Below are positions 40,127-48,673 of a DNA stretch of 64,000 nt, piece after piece. Location: assembly GCA_044228875.1 (NCBI GenBank), contig JBGAUA010000001.1:14713-78712 (forward strand), in the 5' to 3' direction. This DNA comes from Anaerolineae bacterium. Lineage in GTDB: Bacteria > Chloroflexota > Anaerolineae > Epilineales > Epilineaceae. The notes below the pieces were generated by a model, which saw only the letters and a list, made by a program, of their open reading frames with translations, did not search any database and had not been told where the DNA came from. The translations under genes and the position numbers were made by a program. Positions within the stretch are counted from its first letter, which is position 1. Every line of letters begins with the position of its first letter.

Positions 40127-41757
40127 GCGCGCTTCCGCCCGCCCGAAACAGCGGCTCCTGGCTCTCCTGGCCCGTCGTCCTCCTGGCCGTGGCGGCCTTG
40201 GCCCTGGCCGCCAGACTGCCGGCGCTGCAACTGGTACCCCACCTGACGGACGAGACCGCCGAGGTGCTGTATGCTCGGGACATCCTGGTGGCCGGCCTGC
40301 GCCCCCTGGTCCACACCGACGCCTACAACGGCGCATTCTGGGCCTGGCTGATGGCCGGCTGGCTCAGGGTCTGGCCGGCGGACCCCGAGGCGCCCCGGAT
40401 CTTGAGCCTTGCCCTGGGCTTGGCCACCGTCCTGGTGACCACGGCACTCGCCGCCCGCCTGGCGCGCCCTGACCGCCGCCTGGCGGCCGGCCTGCTGGGC
40501 GGCGCCCTCATGGCCACCGCGTTCACCCCCTCCCTGGTCAACAGCCGGGTGGCCTGGTCCAACAGCTCCACCCCGCTGTGGACAACGCTCTGCGCGCTGG
40601 CTTTGCTCGGCGCGGTGAGCAAGGAAGCCGCGGGACGGGAGGCCGCCTTGCGCTGGCTGGCCGCGGGACTGCTGGGAGGCGCGGCGCTGCACACCCATCC
40701 TTCGGTCATCGTCTTCCTGGCCGGCCTGGTCCTCTGGCTCTTCCTCTCCGGCAGGCGCTTGGGTTGGCTGGCCCGCTCAGGGCCATGGCTGGCCCTCGTC
40801 GGCACCGCTCTGGCCTACGGACCGGTCATCTATTTCAACCTGACCGGCGGCATGGCCACCTTGCGCGAAGCGCAGAGTTCGGGGAACTGGGCCGGCGCGG
40901 GATCCTGGGCAGCGGGTACCCAGGCGGCCTTCCTGCAGCTGGGCCGTTCTTTCGTCGGCGGCTTCGACCTGGATCGCGCGGCGTCGGCCCCCGTCGAACG
41001 GATCCTGGCGGCCGCGTGGGCCACCGCCTTCCTGGGAGCGGCCCTTTGGCTGGCCATGGCGCCGCACAAGGGACCGGCGGAGGGCGAAGCGCGGCCCGCT
41101 GGTCGCCGCCTGCCCCTGCTCGTGTCGTTCCTGGCCCTGTTCGCTCTACCGCGCTTCAACCATAACTGGGACGGCTTCCTGGAGGCGCGCTACCTGGGCT
41201 TCCTGCTGCCGCTGCTGACCGCGGGGCTGGGCGTGGTGCTGGCCGAACGGCTGCCGGAGCGGGGACCGAATCGAGGAAGCTCATTGCGCGCCATCCGCTT
41301 CGCCTCCGGGCTGCGGGCGCTGGTCATGGCCGCGTTGATCGGCCTTCCGCTCCTGCGCGGCTGGACCTATATCCGCAGCGCGATGGCCGAGCAGTTCGAC
41401 AACCGCCGGCTCTGGAGCATGCTCGAACAAGCGGGCCAAGGCCGCGCGGATGGCGCGCCGCTGATCGTCGACGAGGCGCTCAAGTCGGTCCATTGGCGCG
41501 CCGGAGGCCATCCGCGGCGCGCGATGGAATACCTGCTCACCATGGCCGCCCTGCCCTTCGAGCAGCTGCCCCCCGCGACCATCAACCACCGCCTGGAGGC
41601 CGGCGAGACGCCTCAGCCGCTCTGCTTCCTGGCCGGAGCGACGGCTGAGGATCTCACCGAATGGGGCCGCCCGCTCTCTCCTCTGGACATCGCGACGCGT
41701 CCGGGCGAAGCGCCCTGGGGACTGTGGACCATCGCGCCCCCGGCCGCCGCCCCCTGA
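40123..41757 (+). CDS. Glycosyltransferase family 39 / ArnT-like polytopic membrane protein
   Basis: GTG start overlapping the previous stop. About 12 TM helices. First-loop 'LTDETAEVLYARDI'; second hydrophobic core typical of GT-C enzymes. Confidence 0.5.
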   Translation: MSALPPARNSGSWLSWPVVLLAVAALALAARLPALQLVPHLTDETAEVLYARDILVAGLRPLVHTDAYNGAFWAWLMAGWLRVWPADPEAPRILSLALGLATVLVTTALAARLARPDRRLAAGLLGGALMATAFTPSLVNSRVAWSNSSTPLWTTLCALALLGAVSKEAAGREAALRWLAAGLLGGAALHTHPSVIVFLAGLVLWLFLSGRRLGWLARSGPWLALVGTALAYGPVIYFNLTGGMATLREAQSSGNWAGAGSWAAGTQAAFLQLGRSFVGGFDLDRAASAPVERILAAAWATAFLGAALWLAMAPHKGPAEGEARPAGRRLPLLVSFLALFALPRFNHNWDGFLEARYLGFLLPLLTAGLGVVLAERLPERGPNRGSSLRAIRFASGLRALVMAALIGLPLLRGWTYIRSAMAEQFDNRRLWSMLEQAGQGRADGAPLIVDEALKSVHWRAGGHPRRAMEYLLTMAALPFEQLPPATINHRLEAGETPQPLCFLAGATAEDLTEWGRPLSPLDIATRPGEAPWGLWTIAPPAAAP

Positions 41758-41829
41758 CACGCGCGGTGGCCGACCGAGCCAGGCCAGCGATTCGCCGCAC
41801 CCGACCATCAGCATCCAGAGGATGATTCC

Positions 41830-42600
41830 ATGCCCGAGCCGACGCCCATGACCCGACCTCCCGCCACCGTAGCCACCGTGCCCGGGCCGAGCCCCATCGA
41901 GGCACCAGACCTCTCGGAGAAGGGCGGCATCAAGGACGGCCGCAGGCAGCATCTGGATCGCCGTTTGTACATGCAGCTGCTCGCCTGGGGCGGCTGTGTC
42001 GATACCGAATCGCTGATCTCGGCGCTGCGCGCCGCGGGCTTGGACGCGGTGCTCTACGCCGACGTCAACGATCCCGGAGGGGTGGGATTGCTCACGATCA
42101 GCGAAGATCCGGACTGCTTCGTCGGCCCCTTGCGGCGTCTGCTGCAGGAGCCGGCCTTCCGGTCGCTCACGCCCAAGCCGGAGTTCACGATGTTGGGCCG
42201 CACCTATGCGCTGGGCTACGAGCCGGACCTGGAGGACGCCTTGATCCACCGCCCGCGGCGCACGGTGTTGGAGCCGGCCTGGCCCTGGGCCATCTGGTAC
42301 CCTCTCCGGCGCAGCGGCCAGTTTGCCCGCCTGGACGAGGCCGAGCAGCGAGAGATTCTCAAGGAGCACGGAACCATCGGCATGCGCTTCGGCCGCGCCG
42401 ACCTGGCGCATGACATCCGTCTGGCCTGCCACGGGCTGGACAAGCACGACAACGACTTCGTGATCGGCGTGCTGGGCAAGGCGCTGCATCCGCTCAGCGC
42501 CGTCGTGCAGTCGATGCGCGGCACACAGCAGACTGCGCTGTATCTGACCAACCTGGGGCCCTTCTTCGTCGGCAAGGCGATCTACCAGGCGGGGGTGTAG
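41830..42600 (+). CDS. Chlorite-dismutase-family (Cld/HemQ-like) protein
   Basis: ~256 aa. 'TYALGYEPDLEDAL..WAIWYPLRRSG..FARLDEAEQREILKEHGTIG' resembles the C-terminal ferredoxin-like domain of the Cld/HemQ family. Confidence 0.5.
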   Translation: MPEPTPMTRPPATVATVPGPSPIEAPDLSEKGGIKDGRRQHLDRRLYMQLLAWGGCVDTESLISALRAAGLDAVLYADVNDPGGVGLLTISEDPDCFVGPLRRLLQEPAFRSLTPKPEFTMLGRTYALGYEPDLEDALIHRPRRTVLEPAWPWAIWYPLRRSGQFARLDEAEQREILKEHGTIGMRFGRADLAHDIRLACHGLDKHDNDFVIGVLGKALHPLSAVVQSMRGTQQTALYLTNLGPFFVGKAIYQAGV

Positions 42601-42658
42601 TGCTGTCGGATCGGTCCAACCGCCAGCCATCATCTCGATCCAGGGGACATCGGCCTGG

Positions 42659-43882
42659 TCAGTCCTCCTCGTCCATCCCCCCGCCCCCGTAGCTGTCCAG
42701 GGCCAGCTCCAGCGCCTCGGCCACCAGATCCCGCGTTTCGGAATCCTCGGCCTCGGCCAGCATGGCGGTGGCCACGGCGCGGATCTCGCCGCGCGGGCTG
42801 GGGCGGACGCCGGGACTGATGTCGGGGGCCAGGAGTTCGGCCAGATCCAGGCTGAGGCCGTGGCGGTCCAGATCGAAATAGAAGTTCAGGTCGGTTCCGG
42901 CCTGCATCAGATCCAGGAAGCGCAGGGCATGATAGGTCTCGCGGGCCAGCGGGCCCTCCAAGCGCAGCTGCAGTAACTGCTCCGGGTGCGACCAGCGCCT
43001 GAGCCGCTCGATCAGCCAGCCCGTGGGATCCTCCCGCGGGATGTCCGTGGCCCGCACGGTCTCCCGGCGCATCGGCTGCGGCTGGATCGATCGGCGCAAC
43101 GCGCGGACCCGCCCCGGGCCTTCCAGGCGCAGTTCCAGGTAGCCGCAGGGCAGCTCCAACTCGCCGAAGCCCATGCGCTCCGTCGGTCCGGGGAAGACCA
43201 CCCGCACGCCGCCCACCTCGATGTCCTTTGCCGAGTGGATATGCCCCACCAGCAGCTGGTGCACCTTGCCGGCCAGAGCGGCGATGGAGGCCTTGCTGAT
43301 GGTGGGCTCCTCGGCGCCCGCGGCCAGGGTGCCCTCGATGGCGTAATGGGTCACCAACAGGACCAGGTCCGCCGGCGGCGGCAGGATGGGCTCCAGCAGG
43401 CGGGTGAGCGGATCCGGCGGCTCATGGGTCTGGGGGTCGACGCGCTCCAGCCGCGGGTCCGGAGGCAGGCCGCCGATGGCCAGCCGGAGCCCCCCGATCT
43501 CGGCGGTCCACCATTCCACACGGCTGGGATCGGTGAAGACATGGGCCTGACGCACGGCACTGAAGAGGCGCTGCGGGGTGGCGCCGCCGGCGCGGGTGCG
43601 GGGGATGTCATGGTTGCCGCCGATCAGAAGGCTATGGATGCCCGCGTCGGCCAGGCGCTGGAACTGGCCGGCGACCCAGATCATCTCCGTGGCCCGTGGG
43701 TTGGGCCCGTCGAACAGGTCGCCGCCGTGGATGTAGATATCGGCTCCCACCGCCAGGGCGTGATCCACGGTCTGCTTGAAGCCCTCGCGGAGCCAGCGGC
43801 GCCGGCCCATGAGCTGCTCAGGCGTCATCCGTCCGTAATGGCGGTTGAGGTGGCTGTCGGAGGCGAAGACGATGGTGGGCAT
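42659..43882 (-). CDS. Calcineurin-like metallophosphoesterase, SbcD/Mre11-like
   Basis: 'VFASDSHLN', 'GGDLFDG', 'IGGNHD' phosphoesterase motifs I-III. Start at internal ATG (MPTIVF). No sbcC/rad50 partner in the window. Confidence 0.55.
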   Translation of the reverse strand: MPTIVFASDSHLNRHYGRMTPEQLMGRRRWLREGFKQTVDHALAVGADIYIHGGDLFDGPNPRATEMIWVAGQFQRLADAGIHSLLIGGNHDIPRTRAGGATPQRLFSAVRQAHVFTDPSRVEWWTAEIGGLRLAIGGLPPDPRLERVDPQTHEPPDPLTRLLEPILPPPADLVLLVTHYAIEGTLAAGAEEPTISKASIAALAGKVHQLLVGHIHSAKDIEVGGVRVVFPGPTERMGFGELELPCGYLELRLEGPGRVRALRRSIQPQPMRRETVRATDIPREDPTGWLIERLRRWSHPEQLLQLRLEGPLARETYHALRFLDLMQAGTDLNFYFDLDRHGLSLDLAELLAPDISPGVRPSPRGEIRAVATAMLAEAEDSETRDLVAEALELALDSYGGGGMDEED

Positions 43883-43895
43883 GCGATTCCGAGGC

Positions 43896-44408
43896 TCAGG
43901 GGAACAGGGAGCGAACAGGCACCGGCAGGTCCAGGTCACCGGCCTGCGCGAGGTGCAGGGTAACGGTGAAGGCAGTGCCGGCCTCCAGGGGCGCCGTCAG
44001 GTCCAACAGCATCACGTGCAGCCCCCCCGGCTCCAGGGACACCCGGGTGCCGGCGGGCACCTCCAGACCTTCGGGCAGGGCTTCCATGCCCACCAGGTCG
44101 CCCTTGCGCACGGTGCGGTGGATCTCGGCCCGCGCCGCGCCGGCGAAGCTGAGGCTCTCCAGGCGATCGGGCATGTCCGGCGCACCGCGCAGCTCCAGGT
44201 AGACCACGCCGGTGCCGCCTTCAGGAGCCGGGCGGGACCAGGCTGAGCCGGCCTCCAGACCGGTCGCAGACCGGACCCTGGCCCCGCTGACAGGCGTCGG
44301 GGACGACGGGGCCGAGGGACGGCAGGCGGCGAGGACGAGCAGGAGGGCGAGGCCGGCGCACCATTGCCGCCCCGGTCGCCCGGGGAATGAATTTCCAGGC
44401 TCGTCCAT
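43896..44408 (-). CDS. PCu(A)C-family copper chaperone lipoprotein (DUF461)
   Basis: Lipobox 'LVLAAC'. 'MPDRLES..AEIHRTV..GLHVMLLDLTAPLEAG..FTVTLHLAQAG' matches the H(M)x10Mx21HxM-type PCuAC pattern. Confidence 0.55.
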   Translation of the reverse strand: MDEPGNSFPGRPGRQWCAGLALLLVLAACRPSAPSSPTPVSGARVRSATGLEAGSAWSRPAPEGGTGVVYLELRGAPDMPDRLESLSFAGAARAEIHRTVRKGDLVGMEALPEGLEVPAGTRVSLEPGGLHVMLLDLTAPLEAGTAFTVTLHLAQAGDLDLPVPVRSLFP

Positions 44409-44484
44409 CGGGATGTCCCTTCGGGACAGGTTCATCAGGTAGGTCATCATGTGCTTGATCTCGTTCTCCTTGCTGTTCGTAGCC

Positions 44485-45324
44485 TCATTCCTCCACCCGC
44501 GGCCGCCCCACCAACTCGTAGAGCAGCACCGCCAAGGCGGCGCTGACGTTGAGCGAGCGGTGCGGCTCGGCCATCGGGATCTGGCACACCGCGTCACAGG
44601 CGGCCAGACTCTGGCCGCTGAGGCCCGCCCCCTCGGCGCCCACCAGGATGCCCAGCCGCGCCGGGCGAGGCAGGTCCCAGACAGGCAGGGCCTCGGGAAG
44701 GGTCTCGGCGGCCAGGAGGGTGAGGCCCCATTCGCGGCGCAGGCGACCCAGGTCGGCCGACCAGTCCTGGCTGCGGGCGTAGGGCAGGCTGAGGCTGTGG
44801 CCCACGGAAGTGCGGATGGCCTTGCGGTAGAGCGGATCGCAGCTGCTGGGGTCCAGTACGATGGCGTCGACCCCGAAGGCGGCAGCATTGCGGAAGAGAG
44901 AGCCCATGTTGTCCACGTCCCCGATGCCCTCGGCCAGGGCGATGCGCAACGTCGGCTGTTGCGCGAGGGGCCCCAGGACGGCGTCGATAGTGAGCGCCGC
45001 CGGGTCGGGGCGGAAGGCGGCGGCCAGCACGCCGCGATGCACGCGCATCCCGGCGATCTCCTGGGCCAGCTCCTTGGGCACGACGTAGGCCGGCAGGCTG
45101 TCCGGCAAGCCGTCCAGCAGATCCCGCAGACGGGGCAGCCGGGCTTCCAGGACCAACAGGCTGTGCAGGCGGGCGGGTGTGCGGGCCAGCTGGCGCAGGA
45201 CCATCTCGGATTCGGCCATGAACAGCCCGCCATGGCCGGCACGCAGATCCTTGTCCATGACGTTGCGGAAGACCGCCACGCGCGGATCCTGGGCGTCTTG
45301 GAGAGGGATGATCTGGGCGGCCAT
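44485..45324 (-). CDS. TrmH/SpoU-family RNA 2'-O-methyltransferase
   Basis: SPOUT motifs 'DNMGSLFRNAAAFG', 'ILVGAEGAGLS', 'IPMAEPHRSLNVSAALAVLLYEL'. Confidence 0.8.
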   Translation of the reverse strand: MAAQIIPLQDAQDPRVAVFRNVMDKDLRAGHGGLFMAESEMVLRQLARTPARLHSLLVLEARLPRLRDLLDGLPDSLPAYVVPKELAQEIAGMRVHRGVLAAAFRPDPAALTIDAVLGPLAQQPTLRIALAEGIGDVDNMGSLFRNAAAFGVDAIVLDPSSCDPLYRKAIRTSVGHSLSLPYARSQDWSADLGRLRREWGLTLLAAETLPEALPVWDLPRPARLGILVGAEGAGLSGQSLAACDAVCQIPMAEPHRSLNVSAALAVLLYELVGRPRVEE

Positions 45325-45416
45325 GGGCTTGATTATGGCGGCGGCGGCGCAGAAGCTGAAGGCAGAGCACGAGGCGCGCCGGTCTGTCCCCCGTCAGCCG
45401 ATACCGGCTCTCTACT

Positions 45417-46196
45417 CTAGGCCGCCGCCCCCTTGCGCGTCCGGCGCACCGGCACCTTCCCCTCGGCCCCCGCCGACTCCAGCAAGCTGATCTTCTGCCA
45501 GATCTTGCGCTGTAAGCCGCCGACCAGGCTCTCGATGTCGTTGACCGCCCCGAAGACCACCCCGTCGCTGAGGGCCTGGCCGTAGAGGGCGGCCAGCTTG
45601 GTCACCAGGGAGAGCAGTTCGGAGCAGTAGTCCAGGTAGCGGGAGAGCCGCGCGGCGTCCATGAGGCGCTCGGGCGAGGAGGCGGTGTCGGGCAAGGGGG
45701 ACAAGAGCCGCTCAGGATCCTTGGTCAGCTGGTGCATGTCGATGATATGGGCCAGGCTGCGCAGCTCATGAAGGTGGGTGAGGGCGCGGCGGCGTTTGAT
45801 GCGCCCTTCCAGCGAGAAGAAGAATGCGCCGGCAAGGCCCAGGAGGATGACCTCGTTCACCAGCGATTCGGTGGCCTGCAGCACCTCCGAGATGCGGTCG
45901 AAGCCGTCCAGACCGAGCAGCGAGCGCAGGCCGTAGGCCACCAGGGCCAACAGCGCCCCCACCGACACGACGGCGGTCAGGCGCAGGGGCCGGTTGGGCC
46001 GACCCAGCCGCTCGGCCCGCTCCCGGGTGACGGTGGCGGTCTCCAGAACGCTCAGGCTCACCCGACTGAGACCCGAACCAGGAAAGCGCTCGCCGATGCG
46101 CGCCACCAGGCGCTCGGCGGTTTCGACGATGCAGGCGGCGTCCAGGGCATGGTAGCTGCGGCGTTCGGGATGCATGGCGGGAGGATTGTAGCCCAT
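45417..46196 (-). CDS. Hypothetical 2-TM protein with helical C-terminal domain
   Basis: Start at ATG 46196 (MGYNPPA). Two TM helices ('LTAVVSVGALLALVAYGL', 'VILLGLAGAFFFSL'). Divergent from the chlI-chlD fusion gene. The remainder of the 519-aa ORF upstream is low-complexity. Confidence 0.35.
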   Translation of the reverse strand: MGYNPPAMHPERRSYHALDAACIVETAERLVARIGERFPGSGLSRVSLSVLETATVTRERAERLGRPNRPLRLTAVVSVGALLALVAYGLRSLLGLDGFDRISEVLQATESLVNEVILLGLAGAFFFSLEGRIKRRRALTHLHELRSLAHIIDMHQLTKDPERLLSPLPDTASSPERLMDAARLSRYLDYCSELLSLVTKLAALYGQALSDGVVFGAVNDIESLVGGLQRKIWQKISLLESAGAEGKVPVRRTRKGAAA

Positions 46197-46292
46197 GGCG
46201 ACCGTGCTATGCTTCCGGCTCCCGCCGACCGCTGTGCGCGCCAGGGCGTCTCCAAGATGCCGGCCGTCCGCCCTTGTGGAGCCATCCGCCCC

Positions 46293-48365
46293 ATGCGAGC
46301 CCGCTACCCCTTCAGCGCCATCGTCGGCCAGCCCCTGCTCAAGAGGGCCCTCCTGCTCTGCGCCGTGCGGCCGGACATCGGCGGCGTCCTCGTGCGCGGC
46401 GAGCGGGGCACGGCCAAGAGCACGGCCGCCCGCGCTCTGGCGGCGCTGCTCCCGCCCCTGCCCGCCGTCGCCGACTGCGCCTTCGGCTGCGATCCCGCCC
46501 TGCCTGCGGCCCAGCTCTGCGACGCTTGCCGACAGCGGCTGGCCCACGGGGAAACCTTGACCGCCGCGCCGCGTCCCACGCCCTTCGTGGACCTGCCGGT
46601 GGGGGCCACCGAGGACCGCGTGGTGGGCACGCTCGATATCGCCCATATCCTGGAGCGCGGCGAGCGGCGCTTTGAGCCCGGCCTGCTGGCGGCGGCCAAC
46701 CGCGGCATCCTGTACGTGGACGAGGTCAACCTGCTGGACGACCACGTGGTGGATGTGCTGTTGGACGCCGCGGCCATGGGCGTCAATACCGTGGAGCGCG
46801 AGGGCATCTCCTTCAGCCATCCGGCGCGCTTCATCCTCATCGGCACCATGAACCCCGAGGAGGGCGAGCTGCGCCCGCAGCTGACCGATCGCTTCGGGCT
46901 GGCCGTGGACGTGGCGGCGGCGCGCGACCTGGATGAACGCGCCCTCATCCTCGAGCGCCGCCTGGCCTTCGACCACGACCCGGAGGCCTTCGTCTCCGCC
47001 TGGTCGGCGGCCGAAGCTGAGCTAGGCCAGGCTGTGCTGGCGGCGCGGGGCCGATTGGACGGCGTCGCGGTGACCGCGCGTGATCTGCGGGTGACGGCTG
47101 AGGCTGCCCTGACCGCGGGCGTCGATGGGCATCGTGGCGAACTGGCGCTGCTCAAGGCCGCCCAGGCCAACGCCGCCCTGGAGGGCCGCCTGCAGCTCAG
47201 CCCGGCGGACCTGGCCCTGGGCGCCCGACTGGCCCTGGCCCATCGTTTGCGGCGCGGCCCCTTCGATGACGGCGCGTCGGACGGCGCGGCCATCGAAGCG
47301 GTGGTGGAACGCCTGGGCAAGAGCCAGCCCTGGAACGACACGGAGTCCAGCGGCGAGCGGCCCTCCAGCGGACCGGCCACTGACCAGCAGGCCGCGGGCC
47401 AGCAGCAAACCCCCGCCCGCAGCCCGAGTCCCAGCGGCCGGCCGCCGGACCCGTCCGATCAGCAGCAGAGCCAGGGCGGCCGCTCGGCGTCCGAGGCCTC
47501 CGTCGGCACGGAAAGGCCGGTGGACGGAATTGACCCCTACGCGGTTCGCCCCTTGGCGGCTCAGGTGGAGCAACTGACCCGCCGTGCCAGCGGCCGTCGC
47601 AGCCGCAGCGAGGCGGACACACGGCGCGGCCGCTATGTGCGTGCCGAGCCGGCTGAGGGACCCTGCACGGACATCGCCTTCGACGCCACCATGCGCGCGG
47701 CGGCCATCCGACAGGCGCCTCTGGCGGCGCCGGCGACCTTGGAGCTGAAGGGCGTCGACCTGCAGCGCAAGGTGCGCGAGCGCAAGACGGGACACCTCAT
47801 CCTCTTCCTGGTGGACGCCAGCTGGAGCATGGCTGCCGCGGACCGCATCACGGCGGCCAAGGGCGCCGTCCTCTCGCTGTTGGTCGATGCCTACCAGCGG
47901 CGGGACCAGGTGGCTCTGGCGGTCTTCCGCCGCGATGGCACGCGGGTGGTCCTGCCCTTCACGGGCTCGGTAGCCTTGGCCCGACGGCGCCTGCGCGACC
48001 TGGCGGTGGGCGGCAAGACACCGCTCTCCCACGCCCTGCTCACCGCCGATACCCTCTTCCGTCGCGCCCTGGCCCGCGACCCCAAGGCCCTGCCGCTGCT
48101 TGTGCTGCTGACCGACGGCGCGGGCAATGTCTCGCTCAGCGACCGCGAACCGGAGGAGGAGATGCGCCTCCTCGGCGCCCGCCTCAGGCGCCGCGGCGTG
48201 CGATCGCTGGTGATCGACCTGCAAAGCGGCGTCCCCGGCTTCACGGCCCCCGGCCCCAACCCCGCCGCGGCCCTGGCCGCCGCCCTGGGCGGCGAGCTCT
48301 GCCCGCTCAAGGCCTTGAAGGCGGACGGTGTGGCGGGGCAGGTGCGGGGGCGGCTGCTGGGCTAG
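46293..48365 (+). CDS. Fused magnesium-chelatase-like ChlI (AAA+) / ChlD (VWA) protein
   Basis: Walker A 'GERGTAKST'. Walker B 'ILYVDEVNLLDDHVVDVLLD'. Sensor/Arg-finger region, Pro/Gln/Ser-rich acidic linker. C-terminal VWA with MIDAS 'LFLVDASWSM'. Confidence 0.8.
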   Translation: MRARYPFSAIVGQPLLKRALLLCAVRPDIGGVLVRGERGTAKSTAARALAALLPPLPAVADCAFGCDPALPAAQLCDACRQRLAHGETLTAAPRPTPFVDLPVGATEDRVVGTLDIAHILERGERRFEPGLLAAANRGILYVDEVNLLDDHVVDVLLDAAAMGVNTVEREGISFSHPARFILIGTMNPEEGELRPQLTDRFGLAVDVAAARDLDERALILERRLAFDHDPEAFVSAWSAAEAELGQAVLAARGRLDGVAVTARDLRVTAEAALTAGVDGHRGELALLKAAQANAALEGRLQLSPADLALGARLALAHRLRRGPFDDGASDGAAIEAVVERLGKSQPWNDTESSGERPSSGPATDQQAAGQQQTPARSPSPSGRPPDPSDQQQSQGGRSASEASVGTERPVDGIDPYAVRPLAAQVEQLTRRASGRRSRSEADTRRGRYVRAEPAEGPCTDIAFDATMRAAAIRQAPLAAPATLELKGVDLQRKVRERKTGHLILFLVDASWSMAAADRITAAKGAVLSLLVDAYQRRDQVALAVFRRDGTRVVLPFTGSVALARRRLRDLAVGGKTPLSHALLTADTLFRRALARDPKALPLLVLLTDGAGNVSLSDREPEEEMRLLGARLRRRGVRSLVIDLQSGVPGFTAPGPNPAAALAAALGGELCPLKALKADGVAGQVRGRLLG

Positions 48366-48496
48366 GTAGGGCAGCGATCGCCGGGCGCGCCCAGCAATCG
48401 TCTCTGAGCGCTGCCACCGGATCGACGCCGCCCGTCGGCTTGTCCGCTCGTGGCCATCGCCGCGAACCCTCCGCCTTCACGGCGGCACTGTGGCCA

Positions 48497-48572
48497 GATG
48501 ATGCCTTCATAAAGTCGCCATGAAGGCATCATCGCATCACGCTCACGGCATCATTTCAGGCAGATGATGCCG
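48497..48572. repeat. Clustered inverted repeats / hairpins in a locally AT-richer convergent intergenic region
   Basis: Perfect 14-bp inverted repeat GATGATGCCTTCAT (48497-48510), 9-nt loop, then ATGAAGGCATCATC (48520-48533). Second IR GGCATCAT (48548-48555), loop, ATGATGCC (48565-48572). CAGATGATGCC occurs twice directly. No T-run follows on either strand. Confidence 0.5.
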
Positions 48573-48673
48573 TCGGCAGGGGGAAGTGATGCCGTAAGCG
48601 CGGCAGGCACATGCACCACCTGGCTGAGGCTCTTGATCTCTGGATCGAATATCCCATTCATTGCACCGCCCAT

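Noticed and set aside
48497-48533. 14-bp perfect hairpin considered as a bidirectional intrinsic terminator
   Set aside because: No U/T-run follows the stem on either strand, so it does not fit a canonical rho-independent terminator. Kept as an unexplained structured element instead.
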